Positions 46,488 to 59,969 of a stretch of 64,000 bases of DNA are shown here, one piece after another. The stretch comes from the human T2T-CHM13v2.0 reference genome, Homo sapiens. The stretch is from the NCBI RefSeq assembly GCF_009914755.1, contig NC_060925.1; one strand, written 5' to 3'. The position numbers were made by a program, and so were the translations under genes. Each line of letters starts with the position of its first letter. Position 1 is the stretch's first letter. Below the pieces are notes generated by a model, which was given only the letters and a program-made list of their open reading frames with translations, had not been told where the DNA came from and ran no database searches.

Positions 46488-47475
46488 CTGTTCTGCTCTG
46501 TCCAACATAGTAGCCACTAGTCAGCAGATTTAGTATGAAAAAAAATGAATGTAAAATAGCTAACTAATAGTTTTTATTGGATTACTTGTTGAAGTGATAA
46601 TATTTTGGATATATTTGTTAAAGAAAATATATTAGTAATACTAACTCACCTGTTTATTTTTACTTTATTAATATGTAGTTTAAGTGATCTGAACTGCAAA
46701 GGTGACAGCACAATCCTCCAGATTAAGTGCACCCAAGACTCTGACACCAACTGCCTGGAGTTAGTGTCCAACTACAAGGTTAGAAGGAAAAGCACTCTCT
46801 CTTCGGGTAACAACTGCAAGTTTGTGGGGTTTCCAAAACCACCCTTAGTTTTGATAATTTGCTAGGACTCCAGGACTTATTGAAAGCTATTCTACTCTTG
46901 GTTATGCTTTATCATAGACGAAGGTTACAAACTGTAATCAGCCAAGGGAACAGACTCATAGGGCAGAGTCTAGGAGAGTTCCAAACATGAAGCATCCATT
47001 GTTCTCAGGACATATCACCATCCTGGCATCAATGTGTGTCACAACAAACACAGGGTATTGCCAATCGAGGCAGCTCACCTGAGTTTCAATGTCCAGAGTT
47101 TTTATTGAGGCTTTATTACATAGGTGTGATTGATTGATTTCCCACAAGATTGTACTCAACCTCTAGGATGACCGATAGATACCATACAACCCAAACCCCC
47201 TACTCTAAATCACATGGTTGCTATTTATGCTATTTATGGCATGAACAGCGCCATTCTAAGGCTATTGGGTATGGATGGCATCGCTAATAAGATCTAGTTT
47301 AACTGGCACCAGTCAATGTATGTCATACCTGAGAGGAGTGTCTTTGTTTACAGGGTCTAAGCTAAACCTCTTTTCAGACAAGGTCAAATTCTTTACTACA
47401 CAAAGTGGCTTCTAGAAAATGTTAAATGTTAAATTACATAAGTGGCTCACATTATGGTTCTATTAGACAGCACTT
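46488..47475. mobile_element. MER3/MER33-like hAT MITE split by MER21
   Basis: gctctgtccaacatagtagccactag ... aagtggctcacattat...ttagacagcact. Confidence 0.65.
46685..47402 (-). mobile_element. MER21-family LTR
   Basis: ctgacaccaactgc...ttgataatttgctag...gtccagagtttttattgagg...ttctttactacac. Confidence 0.75.
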
Positions 47476-47982
47476 ATGGATACCTTTCCGTAGACAAATT
47501 TCTTACAGTGAATCCCATCATACTGAATCTTAGTCATATATTTAAATTCATACAACCAAGTTGTGCCATCTTCTGCCATTTTAAGTTGTTTCTCTTTTTT
47601 TCATTTCCAGTATGACCTATTGGGAACTTTCTCCATTATTATTCCTATTTCCAGATCAGATCAGGGTAGGTAAATGTATTTACGTTTTTTAGAATCCATG
47701 ATCTATTTTCAGATGATCAATCTGGCAGATTTCTTAGCAAGTGAATTTTCTCAATCCTTAAAGCTCCATCATGAGCTCAACATTTTGGCAATCTTAAGTC
47801 ATTGTCTAGGAAACACTGACATCATTTAGCAACCAAGTTCTTAATTGAACATATTATCTTTTCTCTTTCATAGTGTATACCTTATATGGACAAAGAGGAA
47901 CTCAAGGCTACATAAGACCTAGATATGCTCTCTAGATCATTTACAGAAGTTTCATTCATCCTTTAAAAATAGTAAAGTCTGA

Positions 47983-48587
47983 GGCTGGGCACAGCGGCTC
48001 ACGCCTGTAATCCCAGCAGTTTGGGAGGCTGAGGTAGGTGGATCACCTGAGGTCAGGAGTTTGAGACCCATTACTGGGTATATACCCAAAGGACTACAAA
48101 TCATTCTACTATAAAGACACATGCACACTTGTGTTTACTGCAGCACCGTTCACAATAGCAAAGACTTGGAACAAACCCTAATGCCTTTCAGTGATAGACT
48201 GGGTAAAGAGATGTGGCACATATACACCATGGAATACTATGCAGCCATAAAAAATGATAAGTTCATGTCCTTTGCAGGGACATGGATGAAGCTGGAAACC
48301 ATCATTCTCAGCAAACTAACACAGGAACAGAAAACCAAACACCGCATGTTCTCACTCATAAGTGGGAGTTGAACAATGAGAACACATGGACACAGCAAGG
48401 GGAATATCACACACCAGGGCCTGTCACGGGGTGGGGGACTAGGGGATGGATATCATTAGGAGAAATACCTAATGTAGATGATGGGTTGATGGGTGCAGCA
48501 AACCACCATGGCATGTGTATACATATGTAACAAACCTGCACGTTCTGCACATGTATCCCAGAACTTAAAATATAATTTAAAAAAAAT
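47983..48587 (+). mobile_element. Chimeric Alu(5' 86 nt)-L1PA(3' ~520 nt) retroinsertion
   Basis: Alu 47983-48068 joined to L1 3' end; single 18-bp TSD AAAAATAGTAAAGTCTGA at 47965 and 48588. Confidence 0.92.
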
Positions 48588-48797
48588 AAAAATAGTAAAG
48601 TCTGAATCATGTTCAATAACTTTCACCAGTTACCTTGTCTAATTGCTTTGAAGAGAGTCCTCTTTCCAGTTAGCCATTTCAGGACTTTACATAGCTCTCT
48701 CTCAGTCAATATTTTGACTGAGATATTTTGATCAGACATAAAATTATTGGTTCATGCACTATTTGTCAAATGCCTGTGTAATATTAAGCAAGCATGA

Positions 48798-49143
48798 TAA
48801 AAAATGATGTGTTCATGTCCTTTGTAGGGACATGGATGAAGCTGGAAACCATCATTCTCAGCAAACTATCACAAAGACAAAAAACCAAACACCACATGTT
48901 CTCACTCATAGGTGAGAATTGAACAATGAGAACACATGGACACAGGAAGGGGAACATCACACACCAGGACCTGTTGTGGGGTCGGGGGAGGGGGGAGGGA
49001 TAGCATTAGGAGATATACCTAATGTAAATGACGAGTTAATAGGTGCAGCACACCAACATGGCACATGTATACATATGTAACAAACCTGCAGGTTGTGCAC
49101 ATGTGCCCTAAAACTTAAAGTATAATAATAATAATAATAAAAA
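48798..49143 (+). mobile_element. 5'-truncated young L1PA 3' UTR
   Basis: ttcatgtcctttgtagggacatgg...cctaaaacttaaagtataataat. Confidence 0.93.
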
Positions 49144-49443
49144 GATGGAAGAGAAAGTTTCTGCCCTCACTGAGTTCTTAGCCTAAAATGGAACTCAACA
49201 AAAGGCCTTGCATAATCAGTGTGGGTTAAGATGATGAACTCTGTGGGACAGGCCATCTGACGAAAGTCCAAGAACTGAACTTCTCAGTCCACAGATTATG
49301 AGATCCCTGAGGAACTTATTCCACATTACTATTAATCTATACCTTGTCAAAACAAAAAGAAAGTTGTTCATTTTAATAAGACCTCGATTAAGAAATACCC
49401 ACTTTTAAGGAATGTGTCTTATAACAATTGGGTAAAAGCAATT

Positions 49444-49745
49444 TGTATTAGTCCATTTTCATACTGCCTTAAAGACGTACCCGAGACTGGGTAAATTTAT
49501 AAAGAAAAGAGGTTTAATTGACAAACAGTTCTCACAGCAGGCAAGAGACAGAAGTGCATAAAACAGGAAGAGCCCCCACACTTATCAAACAACCAGATAT
49601 TGTGAGAATTCGCTCACTATCACAAGGACGGCATCAAGGAAACCACCCCCATGATCCAATCACCTCCCACCAGGTTTCGCCCTCAACAAGTAGGGGATTA
49701 CAATTCAAAATGAGATTTGGGTGGGGACAGAGCCAAATCATATCA
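49444..49745 (-). mobile_element. THE1/MSTA MaLR solo LTR with internal deletion
   Basis: tgtattagtccatt...gggtggggacagagccaaatcatatca; perfect 5-bp TSD CAATT. Confidence 0.9.
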
Positions 49746-50461
49746 CAATTCAATTAGCTATGCCTTTGTAACTGAGATTCCTAAATTCTGAATCTCGTGA
49801 ACTTAAAATAAGACATTAATTATGTTCAGTTTTCATTCATCTTCTTACTCACTCCATTCTGTCATGGGGTAAATGCCATTTAAAACATATACACATTGTT
49901 TTTAATGGACACATTAAATAGGGGTGACAATCACTAACACCACCAAAACAACTAAACTGTTCTGTTGTGATTAGCTCTGGAGGACAGCATTGTATGAAAT
50001 TCTGCAGCCTCAAGCAGTTCTGTTGATGGCTTCCATTCCTGGCAAAACCACTGAGGATGACTCTCTAATAGATGTTATATCTGCACATATGCTGTTCATT
50101 GCCCTTCCTTCACGCTTATTCTGCCCTGGCTGACTTTGCACATCTGTTGTAATTTGAAGAATAATAATAAATACACTTTTGCAATGTGTGAAACACAAAC
50201 AACTGAAAATTCATCAGGCAGCTAAGATTGGAAAATAATCACATGGTATCATGAGCCACCTCCTTGTGGCCCTTGTTTGCCAAACTAGAATTTAGGAAAG
50301 CTGAATTCTGATCCCAAACTTCTATTCCTCCTTTGATGAGAGGTATTGGGAAAAATTTCTTAATTTTTCTTCTTCAATTATTCATCTGAAGAGCAGGGCT
50401 AGTTTTACCTGTGGCTGTTGCAGCACAGAGTGATTATAAATATTAGTTGAGGGTTTTCTTA

Positions 50462-50830
<369 letters not shown>

Positions 50831-52259
50831 TTAAGATTTCATTCAACTTAGCTTGATTTTCATATTCCTTAAATGAGATGGGTTTCAATGCCACTACATA
50901 ATAATCAGCACCTTTCAGGTGACAGGTTTGAAATTTCTATTACTAGCTCATAAGCCTGACATTGTCTTCTGAAACAGAAGTCATAATGTTTTGATCATCC
51001 ATTAAAAGATATGAAGGCAGCAGTTAAGAATCTTCTCAAACATGCATGCTAGTGAGAGAAACCTCAGAGATTTGGCCACAATTGAAGACTACAGACTGTT
51101 TCAGGAAACTTTTTATGTTTCTTCTTTCTTGTCAACAGGTGGTGGTAGTTTTTCCTTGATTACTAAAGCATTCCCTGACAAAAAGCCATATTACCACTGA
51201 GTGGTAAAACAACTCTCTTCTACCATTATTCTATGCCCATGGAAATGTTTTCTGCTGTTGACTCATTGCAAATTAACTCAATGGCACTGAAATTAATCGC
51301 CCATACTCTTTATCTCTATTTAGAAAAATAGATACTCCTTTGCTTTTTGTCATTGGTACCATGAGGAGCCCAACAGAACTTTGCATCATTTATAGTCTTC
51401 TGTAACTGCCTTAATAGGTTTAATTAGTATACTGGATTTTGTTTTCCAAGAGCTTGCATATTTTTAATGGGTTTGCTCTCTTGTTAAATACTCTAAATGA
51501 CTTTCCATGAAGACCAAATTTCAATAGGGGTAGAATGGATATCAGTAAAAAATACTACTAATCTTAGATTGTTTTTTCCCATGATTTTCAGTTCAAATAT
51601 TTAGTGGTGAGTATTTACCAATTACAAGCACATAAAATACATTAATAGTAAAATTTCAAATGTCTTATGAAAACATTTTTCCGTGATTATAAGTTTAAAT
51701 ATTTAGCAGTGAGTTTTCAACAGTTTAAATATATGTGCCTTTTTTAAAATAAAAATAAAATGTCTAATGCTGGTTCAAGAAATATCTTCCATATCACTGT
51801 AGTCAAAATGTTAAAAAATAACAATATCTTATACCTGAAAAGCACTTCAAAGTGTCTTCATAAGCATTATTTATAGTAATGCATCCTAAGTGTTTCAATA
51901 AATGATGGAATACAGATGCTCTAAAGATTCTTACTTGGAGATAAGTATTCTCTTCCTGTTTCTTTTGATAAACATTTTTACATTCTTTACAAATTAGGTA
52001 GAGCATTAAAATTGGTGGAAATTCTGACAATTTATTTAAAGGGGAATTATTTTATTCCATATGTTGCTACAGAAGAATTACAATCAAAAAAATCATGAAA
52101 GACATTTATTGGTATAATACCATCTAAAGAAGATAAAATATATGATAATGTTGTTTAAAGAGAGAAAAAATAAATAAAAAGCTGATCTTTATAGATCAGA
52201 CATTTTGAGAAATGTGAAAATAAAAGAAGACAACCTAAGAGTGTTTATATGTTAAAAAC

Positions 52260-52660
52260 TCAATACACTAACAAATGTTTTTGGAGTGTTCATTAGATCC
52301 CAGGCACTCTTCTAGGTCCTGGAGACACATTAGTGAACAAAAAATAATCTTTGATGGAATGTAATTTATATTCTCTTGGAAGAGACAGCAAAAAATGAAT
52401 AAATAAATGTAAATTAAAATGTGCAGCAGAAAAGCAGGATCCAGGGCTGCAGAGTGAAAGAGGCACTCTTTCAGAGAGGACCGTTAGGAAGGACCCAAGA
52501 AACTAAGTTGAAAGAAGACCGGATTGAAGTAAAGCAGAGAGACTTGTGAATATCTGGTGTAAATGCATTCTGACAAGAAAACTCATGCAAAGGCCCTGAG
52601 GCATCATGGTGCTCAGCACATTTAAAAAACAGAATTGAGGTGTGTGTAGCTGGAACACAA
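52260..52660 (-). mobile_element. L2 3' fragment
   Basis: aacaaatgtttttggagtg...ccaggcactcttctaggtcctggagacac...gcaaaggccctgagg. Confidence 0.75.
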
Positions 52661-52826
52661 TAGGAAATCCATCTTTTATTAGACTTCTTGTGACAGTGAC
52701 TGTTAGATTTCCACATAATGGTTTAAAATGTCTATTACCCAACACAATGCAAAACAATAACAACCTTTGAATAAAATCCACAGACATACTAGTAAAAAGA
52801 AATGATGTGATCAGTATGTGGACCAC

Positions 52827-52998
52827 ACTTGTGTTAAAGGAAAAAAAACTACTACTGAGATTATAAATCTATCTCACTACTGATAGATTATAAATCTATA
52901 CTACAAATTATAAATCTACACTACAGATAGATTATAAATCTATCTCAGTAGTGTGGTTTTTTTTCCATAATCCTGGATTTTATGAGATTAACACAAGT
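52827..52998. repeat. Nested quasi-palindrome with four ATTATAAATCTA units
   Basis: Cores at 52860, 52887, 52907, 52931; flanking inverted arms. Confidence 0.85.
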
Positions 52999-53299
52999 CA
53001 CTATGTTTTTTTGTTTTTTTAATTGTTTTAATTTATATAAGTGTTTCTATCTTTATAATTATTCATACAAATTTATTCTGCAACATTAAACAGATGATAG
53101 ACTGATAAACTATGTATGCATTGATTTTATGTGCACATTAAATGGGAATGATAATTATGTAAAATAACATAATTAAGGTGTTCTTATGTTATTTGCTCTG
53201 GAAGTTATCTTTTATGAGATTTTCTTTGTCATATAACTAATCTAAACAATATTTAGCAGTAAAGTAAGAAGAAAGCAAAAAAGAAATCTACTACTTCAA

Positions 53300-53500
53300 G
53301 TAGAACACAGACCAAGACATTGTGTTAAATCCCGGTTCTGCCACTTACTCACTGTGTGACAGCAAGTTTCTCATTTTTCCTAAGCCTTAGCATACTGTTC
53401 TGTAAAACCAAGATAATTTATTATTGTTTTCAAACATGCACTATCAAAATTATAGGCACAGTATCAAACAACTAGTAAGGTGCTCAAAAATTGGCACTTA
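53300..53500 (+). mobile_element. MIR SINE
   Basis: aaatcccggttctgccacttactcactgtgtgac. Confidence 0.7.
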
Positions 53501-53559
53501 TTTAATTATGTGGGATATAATGGCTTTTTAAAAAAATAATTTGATCAATCTTTTATTCT

Positions 53560-54003
53560 TTAATTTATAGTACCCCCTCCTTTCTTTTTCTTTTTCTTTT
53601 TCTTTTTTGCCTTTGTTAGATGCCTAGGCACGCCTCAGTACCAAGCATTATTAGTACCAGCTCACATTCCTTTCCTTATTTAAAAAGGGGACTAACTTTC
53701 TAGCTCATTATAAACACCCCCTTCCCCTTTCTCTCCACTTTCTTTTACGTACCCACCCTACCTAAAAAAACTAAACGTTTAGCCAACCGGGATTAGTTGA
53801 AATTATACAACCCGAGCCAATGGGGAAAGGGTACAGGGGCAGGACTTGCGTCAGAAATAAAGGCTCTTGTGCCCTTTATTCAGGTGTACTCTTATGGCAA
53901 CTGGCCAAGGAGGCACCCCTTTGTGCAGAAGTAAAACTGTTTTGCTAAGAATCTTTTGTTCAAGTGTTTAATTTCCTTAGGATTTTAAGCGTTATTCCTA
54001 ACA
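53560..54003 (+). mobile_element. LTR10 (C/D-like) ERV1 LTR, 5'-truncated
   Basis: ttagccaaccgggattag...gccaatggggaaagggtacaggggcaggacttgcgtcag...gcgttattcctaaca. Confidence 0.75.
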
Positions 54004-55497
54004 ATTCATATTAGTAGTTTGTTTTAATCCTCATCATCACTATTACTAACCAATTGTAAATCTCAATTGTCGACAGCAGTACAACAACATATTCCCCAGA
54101 TGAAATTATAATACCTGACCCTGCCAGGATGTACTGGCAACTTAGAGGACTTGCTCAACCTTGCATTATTAACTTACCTTATGGCAGATGGCAATTTGTG
54201 ATAATGTTACTCCTGGGAGTTACGTTGTGTTGCTATGTCATTGTTTGATGGTGAAGGCCAGGTTAGCAGAGAAGAAAACAGTGACCAACATCTGCAGAAT
54301 TACAATCCCAGTGAAGAATAATAATGAAGAAGGTTGTTCTCACAACATTTTCGTGCAAGAATTATTCTATAACATAAGTACACCTTAATAACTTATACCC
54401 TCTTCTTCAGTAAATGACAGTTCCATACTTCTATGACTTACCTTTTGAGAAAATCACATTAACAAAATGCTTCTATAAATGATGTAACACTTCTTAAAGA
54501 ATATTTATTTTTATTAACCACAACAGTTTTAAAAACAATACACATAGGCACTAAATACAGGATACATAGTGAAATTTAGCATTTATAAAGGTGGCATCTC
54601 AAATCCAAGCGGAAGAGAAGGACTATCCAAAACAAGGATTTGAGCCAACTGGATAACTGTACAGAACAAAATGAATTTGGTTCAATACTTCATACAGTAA
54701 AACAAGATAAATTTCTGAATATTAAAGAGTGAAGCAGTCAACACATTTAGTGTAACACTCTGCTTCCCCAAAAGTCCCCAAGGCCATCAACATGGAGTCA
54801 AGATAGCATATTCTAAGATTACCACCACTCCACTCAAGGCTGAGAACCTAAAACCATACCTGCTAGGACTTCTGTCCTCTTAATCAGAAACACAGCTCCC
54901 CCATCCCCGAAACACGCACACCCTCCAATTAATACACTAAGGCCTGAAGAGGTTCTCTGCCTTGAATACTCCCAGATTTACTTCATTATACCTTTACCTC
55001 TATTTATGGCCATGATCACACTCTTGGAAAATCTACCCTTTAATCATAGTAAGAATACCTACATCCTCATTCTGTCATCTTTTCCCAAGTCATCCAATTG
55101 CTGAAACTCTTCCACTGTACTCCCTGAAATTTGTGGGTCCATTAGTAGCAAAATTCTATCCCCTTCATCTCCTTTCCTAACTGAAACCTGGCTCTCCCTA
55201 TGGGCTCTCCTTTCCCTACAGTGGCTGTTTTTTGATCCATAGTCCTAGTGTCACTGGGCCTGTGACTTAGATGTCATCTTGCTCCTCATTGCTGCTTTCA
55301 GAGCATCCCCCCTCCCTAAAAACCCAGCTTTGATATACTGTCATCAGATAATATCACCAAATACTCTACCTTTGCTGACATATTATATGCTCTGAATCCT
55401 TTCTCCTAATTTCTCAACAATTTTAGCCCCTGATTCTTCACTATCACTCTCTTCAATACAACTTCTTCCTTCTTCCATGGTGATTTAATAGGCATGC

Positions 55498-55907
55498 CAT
55501 ATTAGTTCACTTGGGCTGCCATAACAAAACCAAAAACGGAGTGGTTTAAATAACAGAAATTTCTTTTCTCACAGTGCTGAAGGCTCAAAGTCCAAGATTA
55601 AGATGCCTTCAGGGTTGGTTTCCTCTGAGGCTTCTCTCATTGACTTGCAGATGGCCACCCTCTTGCTGCCGCTTTCACACGGTCTTTTCTCTGCATGCAT
55701 GCATCTCTGGTGTTTCTCTTTCTATGTCCTAATATCCTCTTTTTACAAGGAAACCAGTCCATGTTGTTTTAGGGCTCACTATAATGTCCTCATTTTAGCT
55801 TAATTATCGCTTTAAATTCCCTGCATCCAAATACAGTCACATGCTAAGGTATTGGAAATTAGGGCTTCAACATATGAATTTGGGGGAGACACAATTCAGT
55901 CCATAAT
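55498..55907 (-). mobile_element. MLT1A0/MLT1B MaLR LTR
   Basis: tattagttcacttgggctgccataacaaa...gacacaattcagtccataa. Confidence 0.85.
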
Positions 55908-56554
55908 ATATGCAGATGATCCATCTTATAATCTGTCTTCTCTTTTTTTTAACTTCATCCCTTTTAATGATCCATCATTAAAGCTATGCCCTTTAAAATA
56001 TATGTCATATGATGTTTTTTACCCTATCTCAGCTACTCATTCTCAATATCACATCATAGCTTTTGTCAGAACTGCAACCTCTCCATAACCTCACTTTACT
56101 TCCCATTCTGTCTCCCCCATTTCTCCTCACAATTTACTCCTACTAATATCTCGGTCTCCATAATTCCTCAACCCCATTAACATGAATCCTACCATCTTTT
56201 CCCTGCCTTGGTGTCCTCATTCCCCTCCTTACACAGCATAAATTATTGGTCTCTGTACCCCTTCTCTCACATCATTGAACTGATTTAGAAATGCTCCAAA
56301 ACTGGTCAAACTAACTCTCACCATTCTGTACCTTCAGTGTCTCTGCTGAACATAGCTGAAGGAATACATGCTATCTAGTGTCACTCTAAATCCACGGTCA
56401 TGAACATCAAGAGGGCCCTTAATGCTACCAGCATACTTTATGCCTCTAGTACATTCAGTCTCCCACACTCCAAGGTGACCATAACTCCTTAGTCTCTCTC
56501 CTCACCCCAACACCTCCTCCCTCATCCTCATTCTTAAAGGCCTTGCCACTTATC

Positions 56555-56922
56555 TTCTATAAACTGAATGTTTGTGCCACCCACGCTCCAATACCAATTC
56601 ATATGTGAAAACCTAATCCCCAGTGTGATGGTATTAAGAAGTAGGGTCTTTGTAGGTGATTAGGATATGCAGGTGGAGTCCTTGTGAATGAGACTAATGC
56701 CCTTATAAAAGAGATCCAAGAGAGCTCCCTTGCCCCTTCTGCCATGCGAGGACACAAGAAGTTGGCTATCCATAAACCAGGAAGCAGATCCTCACCAGAC
56801 ACCAGATCTGCTAGCATTTTGATCTTGGACTTCCCAGTCTTCAGAACTGTGAGAGGTTAGTATTTATCACTTATAAGCCACCATGTCTATGGTAATCTGT
56901 TATAACTTCTCAAAATGAGTAA
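56555..56922 (+). mobile_element. MLT1A/MSTD MaLR LTR
   Basis: ctataaactgaatgtttgtg...cctaatccccagtgtgatggtatt...ggacttcccagtcttcagaactgtgag. Confidence 0.85.
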
Positions 56923-58605
56923 GAAATTACCTCACTGAAATATTGAAACATTCCATAGATCCTGGCACATAATACATATGCATCTACACCCATCTCCACA
57001 CACAGGGTCTACTTTTCTTCCCACTGGCATAGATTAACTATCCATCTTCATAATCTAAATCTAGTCCCTCCATTTGTGCACCAGATCACATCCTTCCTGC
57101 CTAATCAAGACCATAATTTAGCACTTTTCACCATGCTTTCCATCGTCAAATCCTTAATCTCTTCTGTATCATTTCTATCAGTATACACACATGCTATTAT
57201 TTCTCCCAACTTAAAACAATAATAATTACAAGAAAAAAGTCATTCTCTTAGCCTCACTTTTACTATCAGCTACAACAAACATTTTCCTGCACAATAAAAT
57301 TACCTGAAAGAGTTGACTAAACTGATTGTCATCCATTTCTCTTTTATCATGTCTTTTAAACCCTACTTAAATCAGGGTTTCATCTCCACCACTTAATCAA
57401 AAGTACTTAACAAGGTCACTCAGTAATTCCACATTGTAAATCCTATCATCAATTCTCAGTCCTCATTATCCTCAATGCTTACTGCTATCAGCAACATGTG
57501 ACACACTGTCTTTATTGTTAGCTTCTTTTGCTAATCCCTTCTCTTGTCCTCAGAGTCTTAATGACATGCCCCAGATTATGCTGTTTGGTCCTTCTTCTCT
57601 CTATACTCATTCACTTGGCAACTGCATCCAGTCAGGTGCCCACTCAACATCACTACTCAGAAACCTCCTAAAACTCTATGATAAAACAAGCTCATATGAA
57701 ACTTCTGATTTCCCCCCAAATCCTTCCACTGATAGCATTTGCATTTTGATTGCTGGTAACTCCAATTTTCTAGTTTCTCAGGAAAGCCTTCCAATCATTT
57801 TGGCATCCTCTTGCATTCTTTTTCCCATATCCAATCCATTAGGAAATTCTTTTGGTAAGCCCTATAGAGTATATTAATGTGAGCACATCTGACCATCTCT
57901 ACTGCTTCCACTCTGTTCTGTCTTCATCTCCTCTTGTCTAGAATTTTGCAATATAATTTTAACTGATCTTTTCATTTCTACTCTTGCTCTTCTATATTCT
58001 CAACACAGCAGCCAATATGATCCATTTAAGACATGTCATATTTGTTATTCCTCTCCTCAAAAGTCAATAATGATCCCTCATTTCACTCAAAGTAAAAGCT
58101 AAAGTCTTGACAGGGGTCTAGGAAGCTTTACATGATCGGATCTCTATTGCCTCTTTGGATTCCTCTGCAACTACTCTCCTCCTCATTCATTACCTTCCAT
58201 CCCAATGGCTTCTTGCTTCTTCTCAGGCATGCTCTTGACTTAGGGTCTCTGCCTAGAATTTTCTTCTCCCAGATATTTGCATGAAAGTCATTTACTTTCT
58301 TCCTGGCTTTGCTCAGCTATTACCTTCTCCATGAGGCCTACACTGATTATCTTATTTAAAATTGCAACTTATATACTCCGCTTGATACTCCAGTCCCCTT
58401 AACCTGCTTTTTCTCTTAATTTTAAGAGCACCCATCACTCTCTAACATTCTATATAGTTTACTTATTTCATTTACTTTTAATCTATTCCCCTTCACAGGA
58501 ATATATGTCTGTTTCCCTCCACCAGAATGTAAGCTCCACAAAGGCAAGGATATTTTCCTGTCTTGATCACCGAAATATTCCAAGTATTTAAAGCAGTTTA
58601 GACTA

Positions 58606-59010
58606 CAAATCCTGTTGACTTATGATGGGATTATATTTCATTAAACTCATAGTAAATTAAAAATATCATAGGTTAAAAATGCTTCTAATATACCTAACCT
58701 ACTGAACATCGTAGCTTAGCCTAGCATAACTTAAATGTGCTTAGAACACTTACATTAACTACAGTTGGGGAAAATTATCTGACAACACAGTATACTGCAG
58801 GGTGTTGGTTGTTTGCCCTCGTGATCACATGGCTGACTAGAAGCTGCAGCTCTTTGCCCTGCCAGCATTGTGAGAGAGTATTGTACTCCATATTGCTAGC
58901 TCAAGGAAAGATGAAAATTCAAAGTATGGTTTCTACTGGATGTGCCTCACTTTCACAACACTGTGAAGTCAGAAACCCAAAGTCAAAGCATCTTCAGTCA
59001 GGACCATTTA
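58606..59010 (+). mobile_element. Tigger3 (MER7 family) DNA transposon
   Basis: ttgacttatgatggg...tagcttagcctagc...acagttgggg. Confidence 0.82.
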
Positions 59011-59969
59011 TATGTGACAGACACTCAACAAACATTTATTCAATGAATGAATCAATCAAACAGAAATTCAAATGTTAAAAAAATGAAATTATAAACTGCT
59101 GGAATAAACTTTTGTGTGTTGGAGAGGCAACTATAAAAAAAGGCCTTTTATTGTACCTCGAAATTCTAAATCCGAAAAAAAAACTGAATTAAAATAATTT
59201 TGAAAGAAAAACGCAATAAGCCAAGACAAATCTCAAATCACACAAAAAAAAGGCTCACATATCAAATATGAAGACCAATCTTTGTAATATATAAAGACCT
59301 TTTAGAAACTGATAATAAAATCTAACAGTCCAATAGGAAAATAGGCAAAGGCTATGAGCATAAAATTCATATAGAAAGAATAATGATGGTTTTAACCATA
59401 TAACGAGATGCCCAATTGTTTTCATAATAAGAGAAATACAAATTAAAACTGCCCTGAGATTTTATATTTACCCATCAGAAAGACAAAATCCAGAGGCTTG
59501 ATAAAGCTCTCTACAGGTAAGCTTGATAATATCACTCTCACACATTGAGAACATAAACTGGTGCAGCTCCTGTGGAAAGCAATTTATCAATATCTGACAA
59601 AATTACAAATGCGTACATCTTTTGACCTAGTAATACTGCTTCTGGGAATGTATCCTACACAAACCTATTTGGCACATGTGACATGAGGTCTGTAAGAAGT
59701 TATGTGTCACAACATTGCAAGTTGTAGTAAAATAATAGGAACAAAACAAATGTATATCAGCAAAGCATTGGTTAAATAAATCATAGGACAGTACCTCCAT
59801 CAAATGAAATACTATTCAACTGTATAAAAGAATGCAGCTCTCTGTATTTTGGTATGGCATGAACTCCAAGAAATAGTGTTAACTAAAAACTTCAAAGTGA
59901 AGAACAATGGTGTCTTGTATTTAAAAGGCAGGTCAAAAAAAGTCATATAATTTGCACTACCTTACAGGT

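Larger units (their letters stand above)
54740..59058 (+). mobile_element. Long L2 (L2a-like) element, about 3.1 kb after removing inserts
   Basis: APE motif LTETWL (55177-55194), GD-F-N-like at 55479; C/T-rich body; 3' end agaatgtaagctcca...cactcaacaaacatttattcaatgaatgaat. Confidence 0.8.

Noticed and set aside
49988-50000. CATTGTATGAAAT, similar to the compressed SOX-OCT motif
   Set aside because: Octamer half is mismatched; one such hit is expected by chance in 64 kb of AT-rich DNA.
52857-52950. Short repeats with variable spacers resembling a CRISPR array
   Set aside because: Primate DNA, 12-bp cores, spacers only 8-15 bp and related to each other, no cas genes.
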